DNA of 64,000 bases from Escherichia coli (GTDB taxonomy: Bacteria > Pseudomonadota > Gammaproteobacteria > Enterobacterales > Enterobacteriaceae): assembly GCF_024700885.2 (NCBI RefSeq), contig NZ_CP117016.1; one strand, given 5' to 3'. The first letter of the stretch is position 1. Every line of letters begins with the position of its first letter. Shown here piece after piece: positions 46,960-57,796 of this stretch. The translations under genes were made by a program, and so were the position numbers. The notes beneath the pieces were generated by a model. The model made no database searches. It worked only from the letters and a program-made list of their open reading frames with translations, and was not told the DNA's origin.

Positions 46960-48276
46960 ATGGACTCCACGCTCATCTCCACTCGTCCCGATGAAGGGAC
47001 GCTTTCGTTAAGTCGCGCCCGACGAGCTGCGTTAGGCAGTTTCGCTGGTGCCGTCGTCGACTGGTATGATTTTTTACTCTATGGCATTACCGCCGCACTG
47101 GTGTTTAATCGCGAGTTTTTCCCGCAAGTAAGCCCGGCGATGGGAACGCTCGCCGCATTTGCCACCTTTGGTGTCGGCTTCCTTTTCCGACCGCTCGGCG
47201 GTGTCATTTTCGGTCACTTTGGTGACCGACTGGGACGTAAGCGCATGTTAATGCTGACCGTCTGGATGATGGGCATCGCGACAGCCTTGATTGGTATTCT
47301 TCCTTCATTCTCGACCATTGGGTGGTGGGCACCTATTTTGCTGGTGACACTGCGTGCCATTCAGGGATTTGCCGTCGGCGGCGAATGGGGAGGCGCAGCG
47401 TTGCTTTCCGTTGAAAGTGCGCCGAAAAATAAAAAAGCCTTTTACAGTAGCGGTGTACAAGTTGGCTACGGAGTAGGTTTACTGCTTTCAACCGGACTGG
47501 TTTCATTGATCAGTATGATGACGACTGACGTACAGTTTTTAAGCTGGGGCTGGCGCATTCCTTTCCTGTTTAGCATCGTACTGGTACTGGGAGCATTGTG
47601 GGTGCGCAATGGCATGGAGGAGTCCGCGGAATTTGAACAACAGCAACATAATCAAGCGGCCGCGAAAAAACGCATCCCGGTTATCGAAGCTCTGTTACGA
47701 CATCCCGGTGCTTTCCTGAAGATTATTGCGCTACGACTGTGCGAGTTGCTGACGATGTACATCGTTACCGCCTTTGCACTTAATTATTCAACCCAGAATA
47801 TGGGGTTACCGCGCGAACTTTTCCTTAATATTGGTTTGCTGGTAGGTGGATTAAGCTGCCTGACAATTCCCTGTTTTGCCTGGCTTGCCGATCGTTTTGG
47901 TCGCCGCAGGTTTTATATCACAGGTGCGTTAATCGGAATGTTGAGCGCATTTCCTTTCTTTATGGCGCTTGAAGCACAATCTATTTTCTGGATAGTTTTC
48001 TTCTCCATAATGCTGGCAAACATTGCGCATGACATGGTGGTGTGTGTGCAACAACCGATGTTTACCGAAATGTTTGGTGCCAGTTATCGCTATAGTGGCG
48101 CTGGAGTCGGTTATCAGGTTGCCAGTGTGGTTGGTGGTGGATTTACACCTTTTATTGCCGCTGCACTCATCACTTACTTTGCCGGGAACTGGCATAGCGT
48201 CGCCATTTATTTGCTGGCTGGATGCCTGATTTCCGCAATAACCGCTTTGTTGATGAAAGACAATCAACGCGCTTGA
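46960..48276 (+). CDS. shiA: shikimate/dehydroshikimate MFS transporter ShiA
   Basis: 438-aa MFS ORF with sugar-transporter motifs (GHFGDRLGRKR); conserved position before amn. Confidence 0.88.
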   Translation: MDSTLISTRPDEGTLSLSRARRAALGSFAGAVVDWYDFLLYGITAALVFNREFFPQVSPAMGTLAAFATFGVGFLFRPLGGVIFGHFGDRLGRKRMLMLTVWMMGIATALIGILPSFSTIGWWAPILLVTLRAIQGFAVGGEWGGAALLSVESAPKNKKAFYSSGVQVGYGVGLLLSTGLVSLISMMTTDVQFLSWGWRIPFLFSIVLVLGALWVRNGMEESAEFEQQQHNQAAAKKRIPVIEALLRHPGAFLKIIALRLCELLTMYIVTAFALNYSTQNMGLPRELFLNIGLLVGGLSCLTIPCFAWLADRFGRRRFYITGALIGMLSAFPFFMALEAQSIFWIVFFSIMLANIAHDMVVCVQQPMFTEMFGASYRYSGAGVGYQVASVVGGGFTPFIAAALITYFAGNWHSVAIYLLAGCLISAITALLMKDNQRA

Positions 48277-48377
48277 TAGCCTGGCGAAGATCATCCGATC
48301 TTCGCCTTACACTTTTGTTTCACATTCCTGTGACATACTATCGGATGTGCGGTAATTGTATGGAACAGGAGACACAC

Positions 48378-49832
48378 ATGAATAATAAGGGCTCCGGTCT
48401 GACCCCAGCTCAGGCACTGGATAAACTCGACGCGCTGTATGAGCAATCTGTAGTTGCTTTACGCAACGCCATTGGCAACTATATTACAAGTGGCGAATTA
48501 CCTGATGAAAACGCCCGCAAACAAGGTCTTTTTGTCTATCCATCACTGACCGTAACTTGGGATGGTAGCACAACCAATCCCCCTAAAACGCGCGCATTTG
48601 GTCGTTTTACTCACGCAGGCAGCTACACCACCACGATTACTCGCCCTACTCTCTTTCGTTCGTATCTCAATGAACAACTTACGTTGCTGTATCAGGATTA
48701 TGGTGCGCATATCTCGGTGCAACCCTCGCAGCATGAAATCCCTTATCCTTATGTCATTGATGGCTCTGAATTGACACTTGATCGCTCAATGAGCGCTGGG
48801 TTAACTCGCTATTTCCCGACAACAGAACTGGCGCAAATTGGCGATGAAACTGCAGACGGCATTTATCATCCAACTGAATTCTCCCCGCTATCGCATTTTG
48901 ATGCGCGCCGCGTCGATTTTTCCCTCGCGCGGTTGCGCCATTATACCGGTACGCCAGTTGAACATTTTCAGCCGTTCGTCTTGTTTACCAACTACACACG
49001 TTATGTGGATGAATTCGTTCGTTGGGGATGCAGCCAGATCCTCGATCCTGATAGTCCCTACATTGCCCTTTCTTGTGCTGGCGGGAACTGGATCACCGCC
49101 GAAACCGAAGCGCCAGAAGAAGCCATTTCCGACCTTGCATGGAAAAAACACCAGATGCCCGCGTGGCATTTAATTACCGCCGATGGTCAGGGTATTACTC
49201 TGGTGAATATTGGCGTGGGACCGTCAAATGCTAAAACCATCTGCGATCATCTGGCAGTACTACGCCCGGATGTCTGGTTGATGATTGGTCACTGTGGTGG
49301 CTTACGTGAAAGCCAGGCCATTGGCGATTATGTACTTGCACATGCTTATTTACGCGATGATCACGTTCTTGATGCGGTTCTGCCGCCCGATATTCCTATT
49401 CCAAGCATTGCTGAAGTGCAACGTGCGCTTTATGACGCTACCAAGTTAGTCAGCGGCAGGCCCGGTGAGGAAGTCAAACAGCGGCTGCGTACAGGTACTG
49501 TGGTAACCACAGATGACAGGAACTGGGAATTACGTTACTCAGCTTCTGCACTTCGTTTTAACTTAAGCCGGGCCGTGGCAATTGATATGGAAAGTGCAAC
49601 CATTGCCGCGCAAGGATATCGTTTCCGCGTGCCATACGGGACACTACTGTGTGTTTCAGATAAACCGTTGCATGGCGAGATTAAACTTCCCGGCCAGGCT
49701 AACCGTTTTTATGAAGGCGCTATTTCCGAACACCTGCAAATTGGCATTCGGGCGATCGATTTGCTGCGCGCAGAAGGCGACCGACTGCATTCACGTAAAT
49801 TACGAACCTTTAATGAGCCGCCGTTCCGATAA
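48378..49832 (+). CDS. amn: AMP nucleosidase
   Basis: 484 aa from Met MNNKGSGLTPAQALDKL...; the supplied ORF begins at an upstream in-frame Met that I consider unused. Confidence 0.88.
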   Translation: MNNKGSGLTPAQALDKLDALYEQSVVALRNAIGNYITSGELPDENARKQGLFVYPSLTVTWDGSTTNPPKTRAFGRFTHAGSYTTTITRPTLFRSYLNEQLTLLYQDYGAHISVQPSQHEIPYPYVIDGSELTLDRSMSAGLTRYFPTTELAQIGDETADGIYHPTEFSPLSHFDARRVDFSLARLRHYTGTPVEHFQPFVLFTNYTRYVDEFVRWGCSQILDPDSPYIALSCAGGNWITAETEAPEEAISDLAWKKHQMPAWHLITADGQGITLVNIGVGPSNAKTICDHLAVLRPDVWLMIGHCGGLRESQAIGDYVLAHAYLRDDHVLDAVLPPDIPIPSIAEVQRALYDATKLVSGRPGEEVKQRLRTGTVVTTDDRNWELRYSASALRFNLSRAVAIDMESATIAAQGYRFRVPYGTLLCVSDKPLHGEIKLPGQANRFYEGAISEHLQIGIRAIDLLRAEGDRLHSRKLRTFNEPPFR

Positions 49833-50174
49833 TAAGTTATGAACCTTCTTATCAGAAATAGATGTGAAGGATTAAGTAAGACATCTGGCAAATAGCCTGC
49901 AATAAACGCGGGCTGTTTGCTTCCTTGGGCAGATGCGAGTTTTATTATCGTCTTAATGATTTCCACATATTAAAAGCAAGTATGCTTTCAAAACACAATT
50001 ATAAAAAATCCCGCCAACAACATTAGTTTTTATAAAATTAAATATAAGATTATGGCTTTAGAATATTTTTATTTCTAATAGACGAGATTTTTCCTGTTAT
50101 GATATAATATGCTGAATTAACACATGTTAACGATTTACCAGTAATGTAAATAAATTTTCGAGGAGATCATTCCA

Positions 50175-50891
50175 GTGGGACGTAAATGGGCCAATATTGT
50201 TGCTAAAAAAACGGCTAAAGACGGTGCAACGTCTAAAATTTATGCAAAATTCGGTGTAGAAATCTATGCTGCTGCCAAACAAGGTGAACCCGATCCAGAA
50301 TTAAACACATCTTTAAAATTCGTTATTGAACGTGCAAAGCAGGCACAAGTTCCAAAGCACGTTATTGATAAAGCAATTGATAAAGCCAAAGGCGGTGGAG
50401 ATGAAACGTTCGTACAGGGACGTTATGAAGGCTTTGGTCCTAATGGCTCAATGATTATTGCTGAGACATTGACTTCAAATGTTAACCGTACGATTGCTAA
50501 CGTTCGCACAATTTTCAATAAAAAAGGCGGCAATATCGGAGCGGCAGGTTCTGTCAGCTATATGTTTGACAATACGGGTGTGATTGTATTTAAAGGAACA
50601 GACCCTGACCATATTTTTGAAATTTTGCTTGAAGCTGAAGTTGATGTTCGTGATGTAACTGAAGAAGAAGGTAATATTGTTATTTATACTGAACCTACTG
50701 ACCTTCATAAAGGAATCGCGGCGCTAAAAGCAGCTGGAATCACTGAGTTCTCAACAACAGAATTAGAAATGATTGCTCAATCTGAAGTTGAGCTTTCCCC
50801 AGAAGATTTAGAAATCTTTGAAGGGCTTGTTGATGCCCTTGAAGATGACGACGATGTACAAAAAGTTTATCATAACGTCGCAAATCTCTAA
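50175..50891 (+). CDS. yeeN: YebC/PmpR-family transcriptional regulator YeeN
   Basis: 238-aa ORF (GTG start) [17 protein letters not shown]..., typical YebC-family N-terminus. Confidence 0.88.
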
Positions 50892-51345
50892 TTATATGTT
50901 AAAGAAATCTGTCTTTATGGCAGATTTCTTTAATCTCATATAATCCTTATAAAAATATAATGTTTAACTCGTCATATTGCTTATAAAAAATCCCCGTTCC
51001 CAGAGAAATAATATTTATTAAAATGGCAGGTCTTCTTTTTCTGATTACCGAAGACAAAGTGGCAATTACGTATAGTTTCCCGATAAAGACGCGACAGCTA
51101 CATCCCGCATAAGGCATTTTTCTCTTTATCTTTGTACGGTACTTCATGGAACAGAATTTTTGACCTTGTGAATCGTGATGTCTGTTGGGGAGGAGCAATT
51201 TGCTCACTGAAGCGTGAGACTCGATTAAGCGCACGAAACACAGAAATCAAAAAACCCGGCCACTTTTTTACAAACTGACCGGGTAAAAATAATTTTTATT
51301 TTTTAACTGCCTTGAGACTCATAGAGATGTCTCAAAACTAAAATT

Positions 51346-51421
51346 TGGCTCCTCTGACTGGACTCGAACCAGTGACATACGGATTAACAGTCCGCCGTTC
51401 TACCAACTGAACTACAGAGGA
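51346..51421 (-). tRNA. asnW: tRNA-Asn (GUU), variant copy with one D-loop substitution
   Basis: Reverse complement is identical to the other three Asn tRNAs except AGTTGGTAG instead of AGTCGGTAG in the D-loop. Confidence 0.93.
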
Positions 51422-51439
51422 ATCGTGAGAACGAGGCGA

Positions 51440-51468
51440 ATATTAGCGATGCCCACCCACAATGTCAA
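51440..51468 (-). promoter_or_regulatory. sigma70 promoter of asnW
   Basis: On the minus strand TTGACA (51463-51468), 17-bp spacer, TAATAT (51440-51445), then GC-rich discriminator. Confidence 0.55.
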
Positions 51469-51521
51469 AGCCTGTTTTTTAAATTTGAAATCGTTTGCTG
51501 AAATAATCTGCATTTTGTTGT

Positions 51522-53009
51522 TTATTCCGACACAACTGGCTTTTTTTCACACTTTTGCGGTTCGGGTCGAGGGTATTTCCATAGCCAACGTCCAGTAACC
51601 ATTCGCCAGTAAAACAGCACGGCCCGCACAGCCCAGTCGGCAAACATTCCCATCCAGACACCAACCACACCCCAGCCAAGCATGATGCCCAGCACATAAC
51701 CGACGACAACCCGGCAACCCCACATGCTCAACATAGAAACCCACATAGCGTAACGGGCGTCACGAGCCCCCTTAAATCCAGCGGGTAGCACCCATGAGGC
51801 GGACCAAATAGGCATAAATAAAGCATTTAGCCAAATCAGAATCACAACGACATGTTTAACCTGTGGATCCTGGGTGTAAAACGATGCCATAACCCCGGCA
51901 AAGGGAGCCGTTAGCCAGGCGATGGCCGTTAATCCAAGAGTGGACAGCCAGAAGACATGCCGCAACTGAATCTCTGCTTGCGCTATCTGCCCTACCCCTA
52001 ACCTTCGGCCTGTAATGATCGTAGAAGCAGAGCCGAGCGCACTTCCGGGTAAGTTGATAAGAGCCGCAATTGAAAACGCGATAAAATTTCCGGCAATAAC
52101 ACTGGTCCCCATCCCGGCAACGAACATTTGGGTTAATAACCGACCACTGGTAAATAACACTGATTCGACACTCGCTGGAATACCAATCCCCATGACTTCC
52201 CAGATAATGCTAAAATTCAGCGGTTTAAAATAGCTCTTTAACGAAATCCTTAGCGCAGGATTAAAACCAATCGCCAGCACCCACAAAATTGCAACTGCGC
52301 CAATATAACGAGAAATGGTTAAACCCAACCCAGCCCCGACAAATCCCAGTCCCGGCCAGGAGAAAAGGCCGTAAATCAATATGCCGCTAATAATAATATT
52401 AAGAATATTCAGGCTACCGTTAATCAGTAGCGGTATTTTCGTATTCCCTGCACCACGAAGTGCCCCGCTACCAATCAAAGTGATGGCAGCTGCTGGATAA
52501 CTGAGTACCGTCAGCTCCAGATAAGTCAACGCCAGTGCTTTAACTTCTGTCGTGGCATCACCCGCGACGAAATCAATAATTTGCTCGCCAAAATGATGAA
52601 TAAGCGTTGCCAACAGTACGGCAAACAACGTCATGATCACCAATGACTGCCGCGTCGCCACCCTCGCTCGTCGTCGATCCCGCTTACCGAGACTAAATGC
52701 CACAACGACAGTAGTACCAAGATCGATAGCAGCAAAAAAAGCCATAATGACCATATTGAAGCTGTCCGCCAATCCCACGCCGGCCATCGCATCTTTTCCC
52801 AGCCAGCTGACCAGAAAAGTGCTCAGAACCCCCATCAACAGGACACAGGCATTCTCCATGAAGATAGGAACAGCAAGCGGGGTTATCTCGCGCCAGAACA
52901 ACACTTTGTAGCTCTTGCGTTTAGCGTGCCAGCGAGTGCCGTGAACAACCTGGCGTAAAGCAGAGGAGATATTCAAAGCCGACCTTAATTGCAGAAAGTG
53001 AAACCACAT
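51522..53009 (-). CDS. yeeO: MATE-family efflux transporter YeeO
   Basis: Polytopic membrane ORF; start set at Met MWFHFLQLRS... giving 495 aa; the 546-aa extended ORF would run into the asnU promoter region. Confidence 0.85.
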   Translation of the reverse strand: MWFHFLQLRSALNISSALRQVVHGTRWHAKRKSYKVLFWREITPLAVPIFMENACVLLMGVLSTFLVSWLGKDAMAGVGLADSFNMVIMAFFAAIDLGTTVVVAFSLGKRDRRRARVATRQSLVIMTLFAVLLATLIHHFGEQIIDFVAGDATTEVKALALTYLELTVLSYPAAAITLIGSGALRGAGNTKIPLLINGSLNILNIIISGILIYGLFSWPGLGFVGAGLGLTISRYIGAVAILWVLAIGFNPALRISLKSYFKPLNFSIIWEVMGIGIPASVESVLFTSGRLLTQMFVAGMGTSVIAGNFIAFSIAALINLPGSALGSASTIITGRRLGVGQIAQAEIQLRHVFWLSTLGLTAIAWLTAPFAGVMASFYTQDPQVKHVVVILIWLNALFMPIWSASWVLPAGFKGARDARYAMWVSMLSMWGCRVVVGYVLGIMLGWGVVGVWMGMFADWAVRAVLFYWRMVTGRWLWKYPRPEPQKCEKKPVVSE

Positions 53010-53125
53010 TTCAAATAATGAGGGAGAATCAGCAAAGCTGCAAAGATTTTCGCCAACAAATTGTCTGCAAATGCAACAAACTGTTGATAGAAACGGCAAA
53101 CAGTTGGGGAATTTAAAAATCGGGT

Positions 53126-53153
53126 TTGACAAAAGATTTTTCGCCGTTAAGAT
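53126..53153 (+). promoter_or_regulatory. sigma70 promoter of asnU
   Basis: ttgaca (53126-53131), 16-bp spacer, taagat (53148-53153), GC-rich discriminator before the tRNA. Confidence 0.55.
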
Positions 53154-53169
53154 GTGCCTCAACAGCGAT

Positions 53170-53245
53170 TCCTCTGTAGTTCAGTCGGTAGAACGGCGGA
53201 CTGTTAATCCGTATGTCACTGGTTCGAGTCCAGTCAGAGGAGCCA
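53170..53245 (+). tRNA. asnU: tRNA-Asn (GUU)
   Basis: 76-nt sequence identical to asnT. Confidence 0.95.
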
Positions 53246-53254
53246 AATTTCTGA

Positions 53255-53281
53255 AAAGCCCGCTTTTATAGCGGGCTTTTT
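53255..53281 (+). terminator. hairpin terminator after asnU (shared with convergent cbl)
   Basis: aaaagcccgc-ttttata-gcgggcttttt. Confidence 0.6.
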
Positions 53282-53282
53282 G

Positions 53283-54233
53283 CTATATCTGATAATCAAT
53301 TTCCTCTTCACTGTTTTCCATCACCTGGCGCTTGATATCCTCAACTGACAGTCCTGCATTACAAAGTTCCAGAAAGCGCCAGACATAGTTACGCTGAAGT
53401 TGTCCTCGCTTGAGTCCCAACCAGACAGTATTAGCATCGAAAAGATGCCGCGTATCCAGGCGGATTAAATTCTTTTCCTCTTGTTCACCGCTGGATTGTT
53501 CGGCAACTAATCCGATCCCAAGCCCAAGAGCAACATAGGTTTTAATGACATCAGAATCCTGCGCACTTAATACAATATCTGCCAGCAAACCTTTGCGGGC
53601 AAATGCGTCATCAATACGTGAGCGCCCCGTAATCCCCTGTCGGTAAGTGATTAACGGCCACTTCGCTATTGATTCCAGCGTCAATGGTGTAATTTGCGTC
53701 AAGGGATGATCGTGTGGAACAAGCAAACTATGGTGCCAACGAAACCACGGGAAGGCGACGAGCTGCGGGTCATTACTCAAACGCTCGCTGGCGATACCAA
53801 TATCAGCTTCGCCATTTTGCAACAACGTCGCAATTTCCTGTGGCGTACCCTGGATTAGCTCCAGCCGAACCTCCGGGAAAAGTTCGCGAAAAGCTTTAAT
53901 GACCTCAGGCAAGCTATAACGTGCCTGAGTATGCGTTGTTGCAATAGTGAGAACGCCAGACGTATCGTTGGTAAACAGGTCTGCAAGCCGACGAACATTA
54001 CTGGCTTCATTCAGAATACGTTCTGCAATGACCAGTAATGCTTTGCCCGGTTCAGTCATGCCCAGCAGTCGCTTACCTCGTCGAACAAATATTTCGATGC
54101 CAAGTTCATCCTCCAGTTCCCGAATATGACGGCTGACGCCGGACTGTGAGGTAAAAAGCATATTCGCAACCTCTGTCAGGTTGTAATCCTGACGTGCAGC
54201 CTCGCGGATTATCTTTAGTTGTTGGAAATTCAC
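53283..54233 (-). CDS. cbl: LysR-family regulator Cbl (cysteine regulon)
   Basis: 316-aa LysR-type ORF MNFQQLKIIREAARQDYNLTEVANMLFTSQSGVSRHIRELE...; nac-cbl pair between asnU and asnV. Confidence 0.85.
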   Translation of the reverse strand: MNFQQLKIIREAARQDYNLTEVANMLFTSQSGVSRHIRELEDELGIEIFVRRGKRLLGMTEPGKALLVIAERILNEASNVRRLADLFTNDTSGVLTIATTHTQARYSLPEVIKAFRELFPEVRLELIQGTPQEIATLLQNGEADIGIASERLSNDPQLVAFPWFRWHHSLLVPHDHPLTQITPLTLESIAKWPLITYRQGITGRSRIDDAFARKGLLADIVLSAQDSDVIKTYVALGLGIGLVAEQSSGEQEEKNLIRLDTRHLFDANTVWLGLKRGQLQRNYVWRFLELCNAGLSVEDIKRQVMENSEEEIDYQI

Positions 54234-54334
54234 GGTAAACTCCGGGCAGTTCAGATTTTCCGTTATTGTTAAAGTCTAATGCCCGGCATAACAAATAATA
54301 AAAACCCGCATCTTATTCCATCCCGATATAACGC

Positions 54335-55252
54335 TTAGCTCACCAATTGCCACTGCCTTTTTTCCATCACTGGAGAACTCATCACTGACATTAACAACTC
54401 TTTCACTGCCTGTGCCTGTGGTGATAAGTTCGCTCTGGCGGGTAAATTTAATGACAAAGAGAGACTCATGGAAGGTGTGGTAATGCGTGACATCCACCCG
54501 TTTACTGCGCCACATAACGAACGCGCGGCCGATTCGGGTAATACTGCAACGCCCATGCCGCTGGCAATCGCTGCGGTAAGCGTGGCAATAGACTCAATTT
54601 CACCAATGACTTTTGCCGTGAGTCGCCGTAGGGAAAAAGCCTCATCAACACGAAGTCTAACAGCACTGTAATCACTGGGAAGAAAGAGGTTCATTTGCGC
54701 AATAGCATTAACATCAACGCTTTGCCCCGGACAATCTTGAGTCCCTACCAGGAAAAGATCTTCTTTCAGTAAAGCCTGACTGGATACACCAGCCACAGGG
54801 GAATGCTCATAAATCACCGCCATATCGAGTTGGTGATTTATCAGTTTTTCGTTAAGCACTGCACCACTATTTTCATGAAGATAGATAACGACCTCCGGGA
54901 ATTCAGCGCGAACCGCCTGTAATAAGGGCATGGTGATGGATGACGCAGCGGTTCCTGGCGCAAAGCCAATCGAGACTTGCCCCGATAATGACTGACCAAC
55001 GTTATGCACCGCCAGTTGGGCCTGCTCACACTGACGTAAAATGGCCCGCGCATGGGTATAGAGAATTTTTCCGGCGTCTGTTGGCGTAACGCCCCGTTTT
55101 GTGCGAATCAAAAGTTGTTGATTTAACTCACCTTCCAGTGTGGCAACCTGCTGGCTGAGCGCTGGTTGTGCGATATGCAATACTTCAGCAGCCTGAGTCA
55201 GGCTACCAATATCTACAATTTTTACGAAGTATTTCAGGCGTCTGAAGTTCAT
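54335..55252 (-). CDS. nac: LysR-family nitrogen assimilation control protein Nac
   Basis: 305 aa from Met MNFRRLKYFVKIVDIGSLTQAAEVLHIAQPALSQQV...; the supplied ORF has a 10-codon upstream extension. Confidence 0.85.
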   Translation of the reverse strand: MNFRRLKYFVKIVDIGSLTQAAEVLHIAQPALSQQVATLEGELNQQLLIRTKRGVTPTDAGKILYTHARAILRQCEQAQLAVHNVGQSLSGQVSIGFAPGTAASSITMPLLQAVRAEFPEVVIYLHENSGAVLNEKLINHQLDMAVIYEHSPVAGVSSQALLKEDLFLVGTQDCPGQSVDVNAIAQMNLFLPSDYSAVRLRVDEAFSLRRLTAKVIGEIESIATLTAAIASGMGVAVLPESAARSLCGAVNGWMSRITTPSMSLSLSLNLPARANLSPQAQAVKELLMSVMSSPVMEKRQWQLVS

Positions 55253-55529
55253 GTTGCCTCCGGTTTTTGAGAATCGGCCCAAGTGCCGCCATTACTTACA
55301 ACCAGACTGCAAGATGCTTGCCAGTTTTATTTTGGCGTTGATGTACAAGCTAACCAACTGTCAAATAAGAGATTATGATAGATTCGTCATTGGCTCTTTT
55401 CACCAGCAGTCGCGTTCCCCTGCCCTATAAAAGGAGGGTATGCACCACGATGGTTCATTACCAATAAGATTGAAATCTCATCACTTTGTTGAAATTGACA
55501 GCAAACAAACAAAAAAATGCATTTCACCC

Positions 55530-55558
55530 TTTGACATCACCATGCACTGCCATTAATA
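55530..55558 (+). promoter_or_regulatory. sigma70 promoter of asnV
   Basis: ttgaca (55530-55535), 17-bp spacer, taatat (55553-55558), gcgcccc discriminator. Confidence 0.55.
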
Positions 55559-55577
55559 TGCGCCCCGTTCACACGAT

Positions 55578-55653
55578 TCCTCTGTAGTTCAGTCGGTAGA
55601 ACGGCGGACTGTTAATCCGTATGTCACTGGTTCGAGTCCAGTCAGAGGAGCCA
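55578..55653 (+). tRNA. asnV: tRNA-Asn (GUU)
   Basis: 76-nt sequence identical to asnT. Confidence 0.95.
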
Positions 55654-55659
55654 AATTCA

Positions 55660-55688
55660 AAAAAGCCTGCTTTCTAGCAGGCTTTTTG
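55660..55688 (+). terminator. hairpin terminator after asnV (shared with convergent ldtA)
   Basis: aaaaagcctgc-tttctag-caggctttttg. Confidence 0.6.
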
Positions 55689-55708
55689 CTTTCTAATTAC
55701 CAACGCTC

Positions 55709-56641
55709 TTAAAACATCTGTCTTGAACCAGAACTAATTTGCACAGGCATTCCCGATCGACGTTGCAACGCAGCATTTGCGCGATTCACATCAACTTCTT
55801 GCCCGTTGATAAACGCCCGCAAAGATGGGGTTACCGGCAATGGCACTTTTCGGTCAGACTCATATTCTGCACGATTGCGCGACAGCGGCTCATGAACTTC
55901 CAGCCAGTTCGAGCCATCTGGTTCAGTGGTGTATTTTACTGGCTGGTCGATAATTTGCACACGCGTTCCAACAGGAACATTATCAAACAGATATTTGATA
56001 TCGTCATTGCGCAGACGAATACAGCCCTGACTTACCCGAAGTCCAATACCAAAATTGGCATTGGTACCGTGGATGGCATACAACCTGCCAATATAAATCG
56101 CGTACAGCCCCATGGGATTATCGGGCCCCGCAGGAACAAATGCGGGCAAACTCTCCCCTCGTTTCGCATATTCGCGCCGAGTGTTCGGCGTTGGCGTCCA
56201 GGTTGGAGCTTCTTGTTTACGTTCAACGGTAGTCACCCAGTTACGCGGGGTTTCTCGCCCAGCCTGGCCGATACCAATAGGAAAGACTTCCACAGTATTA
56301 CTGTCTGGCGGGTAGTAATAAAGACGCATCTCAGCGACGTTAACCACAATCCCTTTACGAACAGTGGCGGGCAAAATCAGTTGCTGCGGAATGGTGAGTT
56401 GCGAGCCAGACTTCGGCAAGAAAACATCAGCGCCCGGATTCGCTTCCAGCATGTTACTTAACCCTTGCCCGTATTGTGCGGCAAAAGTCTCCAGCGGCTG
56501 GGTATTGTGATCAGGAACAGTTACAGTAAGCGACTGCCCCACCAAACGGCTACCCTCTGGAGGTAATGGATAAGTTACCGCCAGGCTAGTATGGCTGGCA
56601 AAAAGCAGAGCAAATGAGCAAAGAATATTTACACGACGCAT
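55709..56641 (-). CDS. ldtA: L,D-transpeptidase LdtA (ErfK)
   Basis: 310 aa with signal peptide and YkuD-type catalytic region (...[20 protein letters not shown]...). Confidence 0.85.
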   Translation of the reverse strand: MRRVNILCSFALLFASHTSLAVTYPLPPEGSRLVGQSLTVTVPDHNTQPLETFAAQYGQGLSNMLEANPGADVFLPKSGSQLTIPQQLILPATVRKGIVVNVAEMRLYYYPPDSNTVEVFPIGIGQAGRETPRNWVTTVERKQEAPTWTPTPNTRREYAKRGESLPAFVPAGPDNPMGLYAIYIGRLYAIHGTNANFGIGLRVSQGCIRLRNDDIKYLFDNVPVGTRVQIIDQPVKYTTEPDGSNWLEVHEPLSRNRAEYESDRKVPLPVTPSLRAFINGQEVDVNRANAALQRRSGMPVQISSGSRQMF

Positions 56642-56705
56642 CATGTCCCTTTCCTATGTCGCGAAAGCTATCCGTTAAGTATAGCTTTTATCAGACTTTT
56701 CGTTT

Positions 56706-57785
56706 TTAACTGTTCAAATCAGAAGTCGTATTCCCCGGTAGAACAATATTACTGGCAGCAAGTTCGCCCATGTTGTTATATATCGCACAGGCAGCTTCGA
56801 TGATGGGCATCGCCAGAGCTGCGCCACTCCCCTCACCTAAACGCATCTCCATATTGAGATAAGGCTCCAGCCCCAAATGCGACAGCGCTATACGCGCCCC
56901 TTTTTCTGCCGACAGGTGAGAAGGAATGAGATACGGTTTGATTGCAGGAGACATCTGGCAGGCTGCGAGCGCAGCAGCATAAGAAAGAAATCCATCCAGC
57001 AACACGGGTAAACCGCAGGAAGCAGCGCCTAACATCACGCCAGCCATTCCGACCAAATCAAATCCCCCCACTTTTGCCAGAACATCAACGCCATCCTGCG
57101 GATTTGGTTGATTCAACGTAATCGCCCGGCGCACAACATCAATTTTATTAGCCAGTTTATCTGTCGGCAGGTTTGCGCCAATCCCAACCACTTCTTCAGG
57201 ATCCCGGCCAGTGATTGTGCTGACTATTGCCGCTGCCGGTGTCGTGTTTGCCATCCCCAGTTCACCTACACCAAACAGCGTGACACCGTTTTTTGCCAGC
57301 TCCCGCGTATAACATATGACGTCCAAAAGCAACTTTTCAGCCTGACGGCGACTCATTGCCGGAGCTGAAGCAATATTGCCGCTACCTCGTGCGACACGCA
57401 TGTTGATAAGCCCGGGGATAGGCTCAGCACTATCAATACCAACATCAACTACGTGGACGTTAGCGCCCGCTTGTGCTGCCAGCACACACACGCCGGTTGT
57501 TCCGCGGGTCATATTTTCAGCCTGAATGGCTGTCACTTCTTTTGGGGAAATAGCGACCCCTTCCTCCCAGACGCCGTGATCGGCACACATAACCAGTACC
57601 GCTTTTTTGCCCACATGCGGTATGCCATTCAACCCCGGCATTCCCGCCAGTTGTATGGCAAGCGCCTCCAGCCTTCCCAGGCTACCAACAGGTTTGAGTA
57701 ACCCGTCAATATGCCGTTGTGCACGCGACATAGCGGCAGGATCGATAGCAGGGATCGTATTCAGTAAATCGGCAAGTGTTTGCAT
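56706..57785 (-). CDS. cobT: nicotinate-nucleotide:dimethylbenzimidazole phosphoribosyltransferase CobT
   Basis: 359-aa ORF; cobUST operon order. Confidence 0.9.
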   Translation of the reverse strand: MQTLADLLNTIPAIDPAAMSRAQRHIDGLLKPVGSLGRLEALAIQLAGMPGLNGIPHVGKKAVLVMCADHGVWEEGVAISPKEVTAIQAENMTRGTTGVCVLAAQAGANVHVVDVGIDSAEPIPGLINMRVARGSGNIASAPAMSRRQAEKLLLDVICYTRELAKNGVTLFGVGELGMANTTPAAAIVSTITGRDPEEVVGIGANLPTDKLANKIDVVRRAITLNQPNPQDGVDVLAKVGGFDLVGMAGVMLGAASCGLPVLLDGFLSYAAALAACQMSPAIKPYLIPSHLSAEKGARIALSHLGLEPYLNMEMRLGEGSGAALAMPIIEAACAIYNNMGELAASNIVLPGNTTSDLNS

Positions 57786-57796
57786 GTCACGTCTCT

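Noticed and set aside
50947-51234. 95-aa minus-strand ORF between yeeN and asnW
   Set aside because: Lies in an AT-rich intergenic/terminator region with low-complexity translation and no start context; likely non-coding.
55739-56461. 240-aa plus-strand ORF
   Set aside because: Antisense to ldtA; no motifs, Arg-rich.
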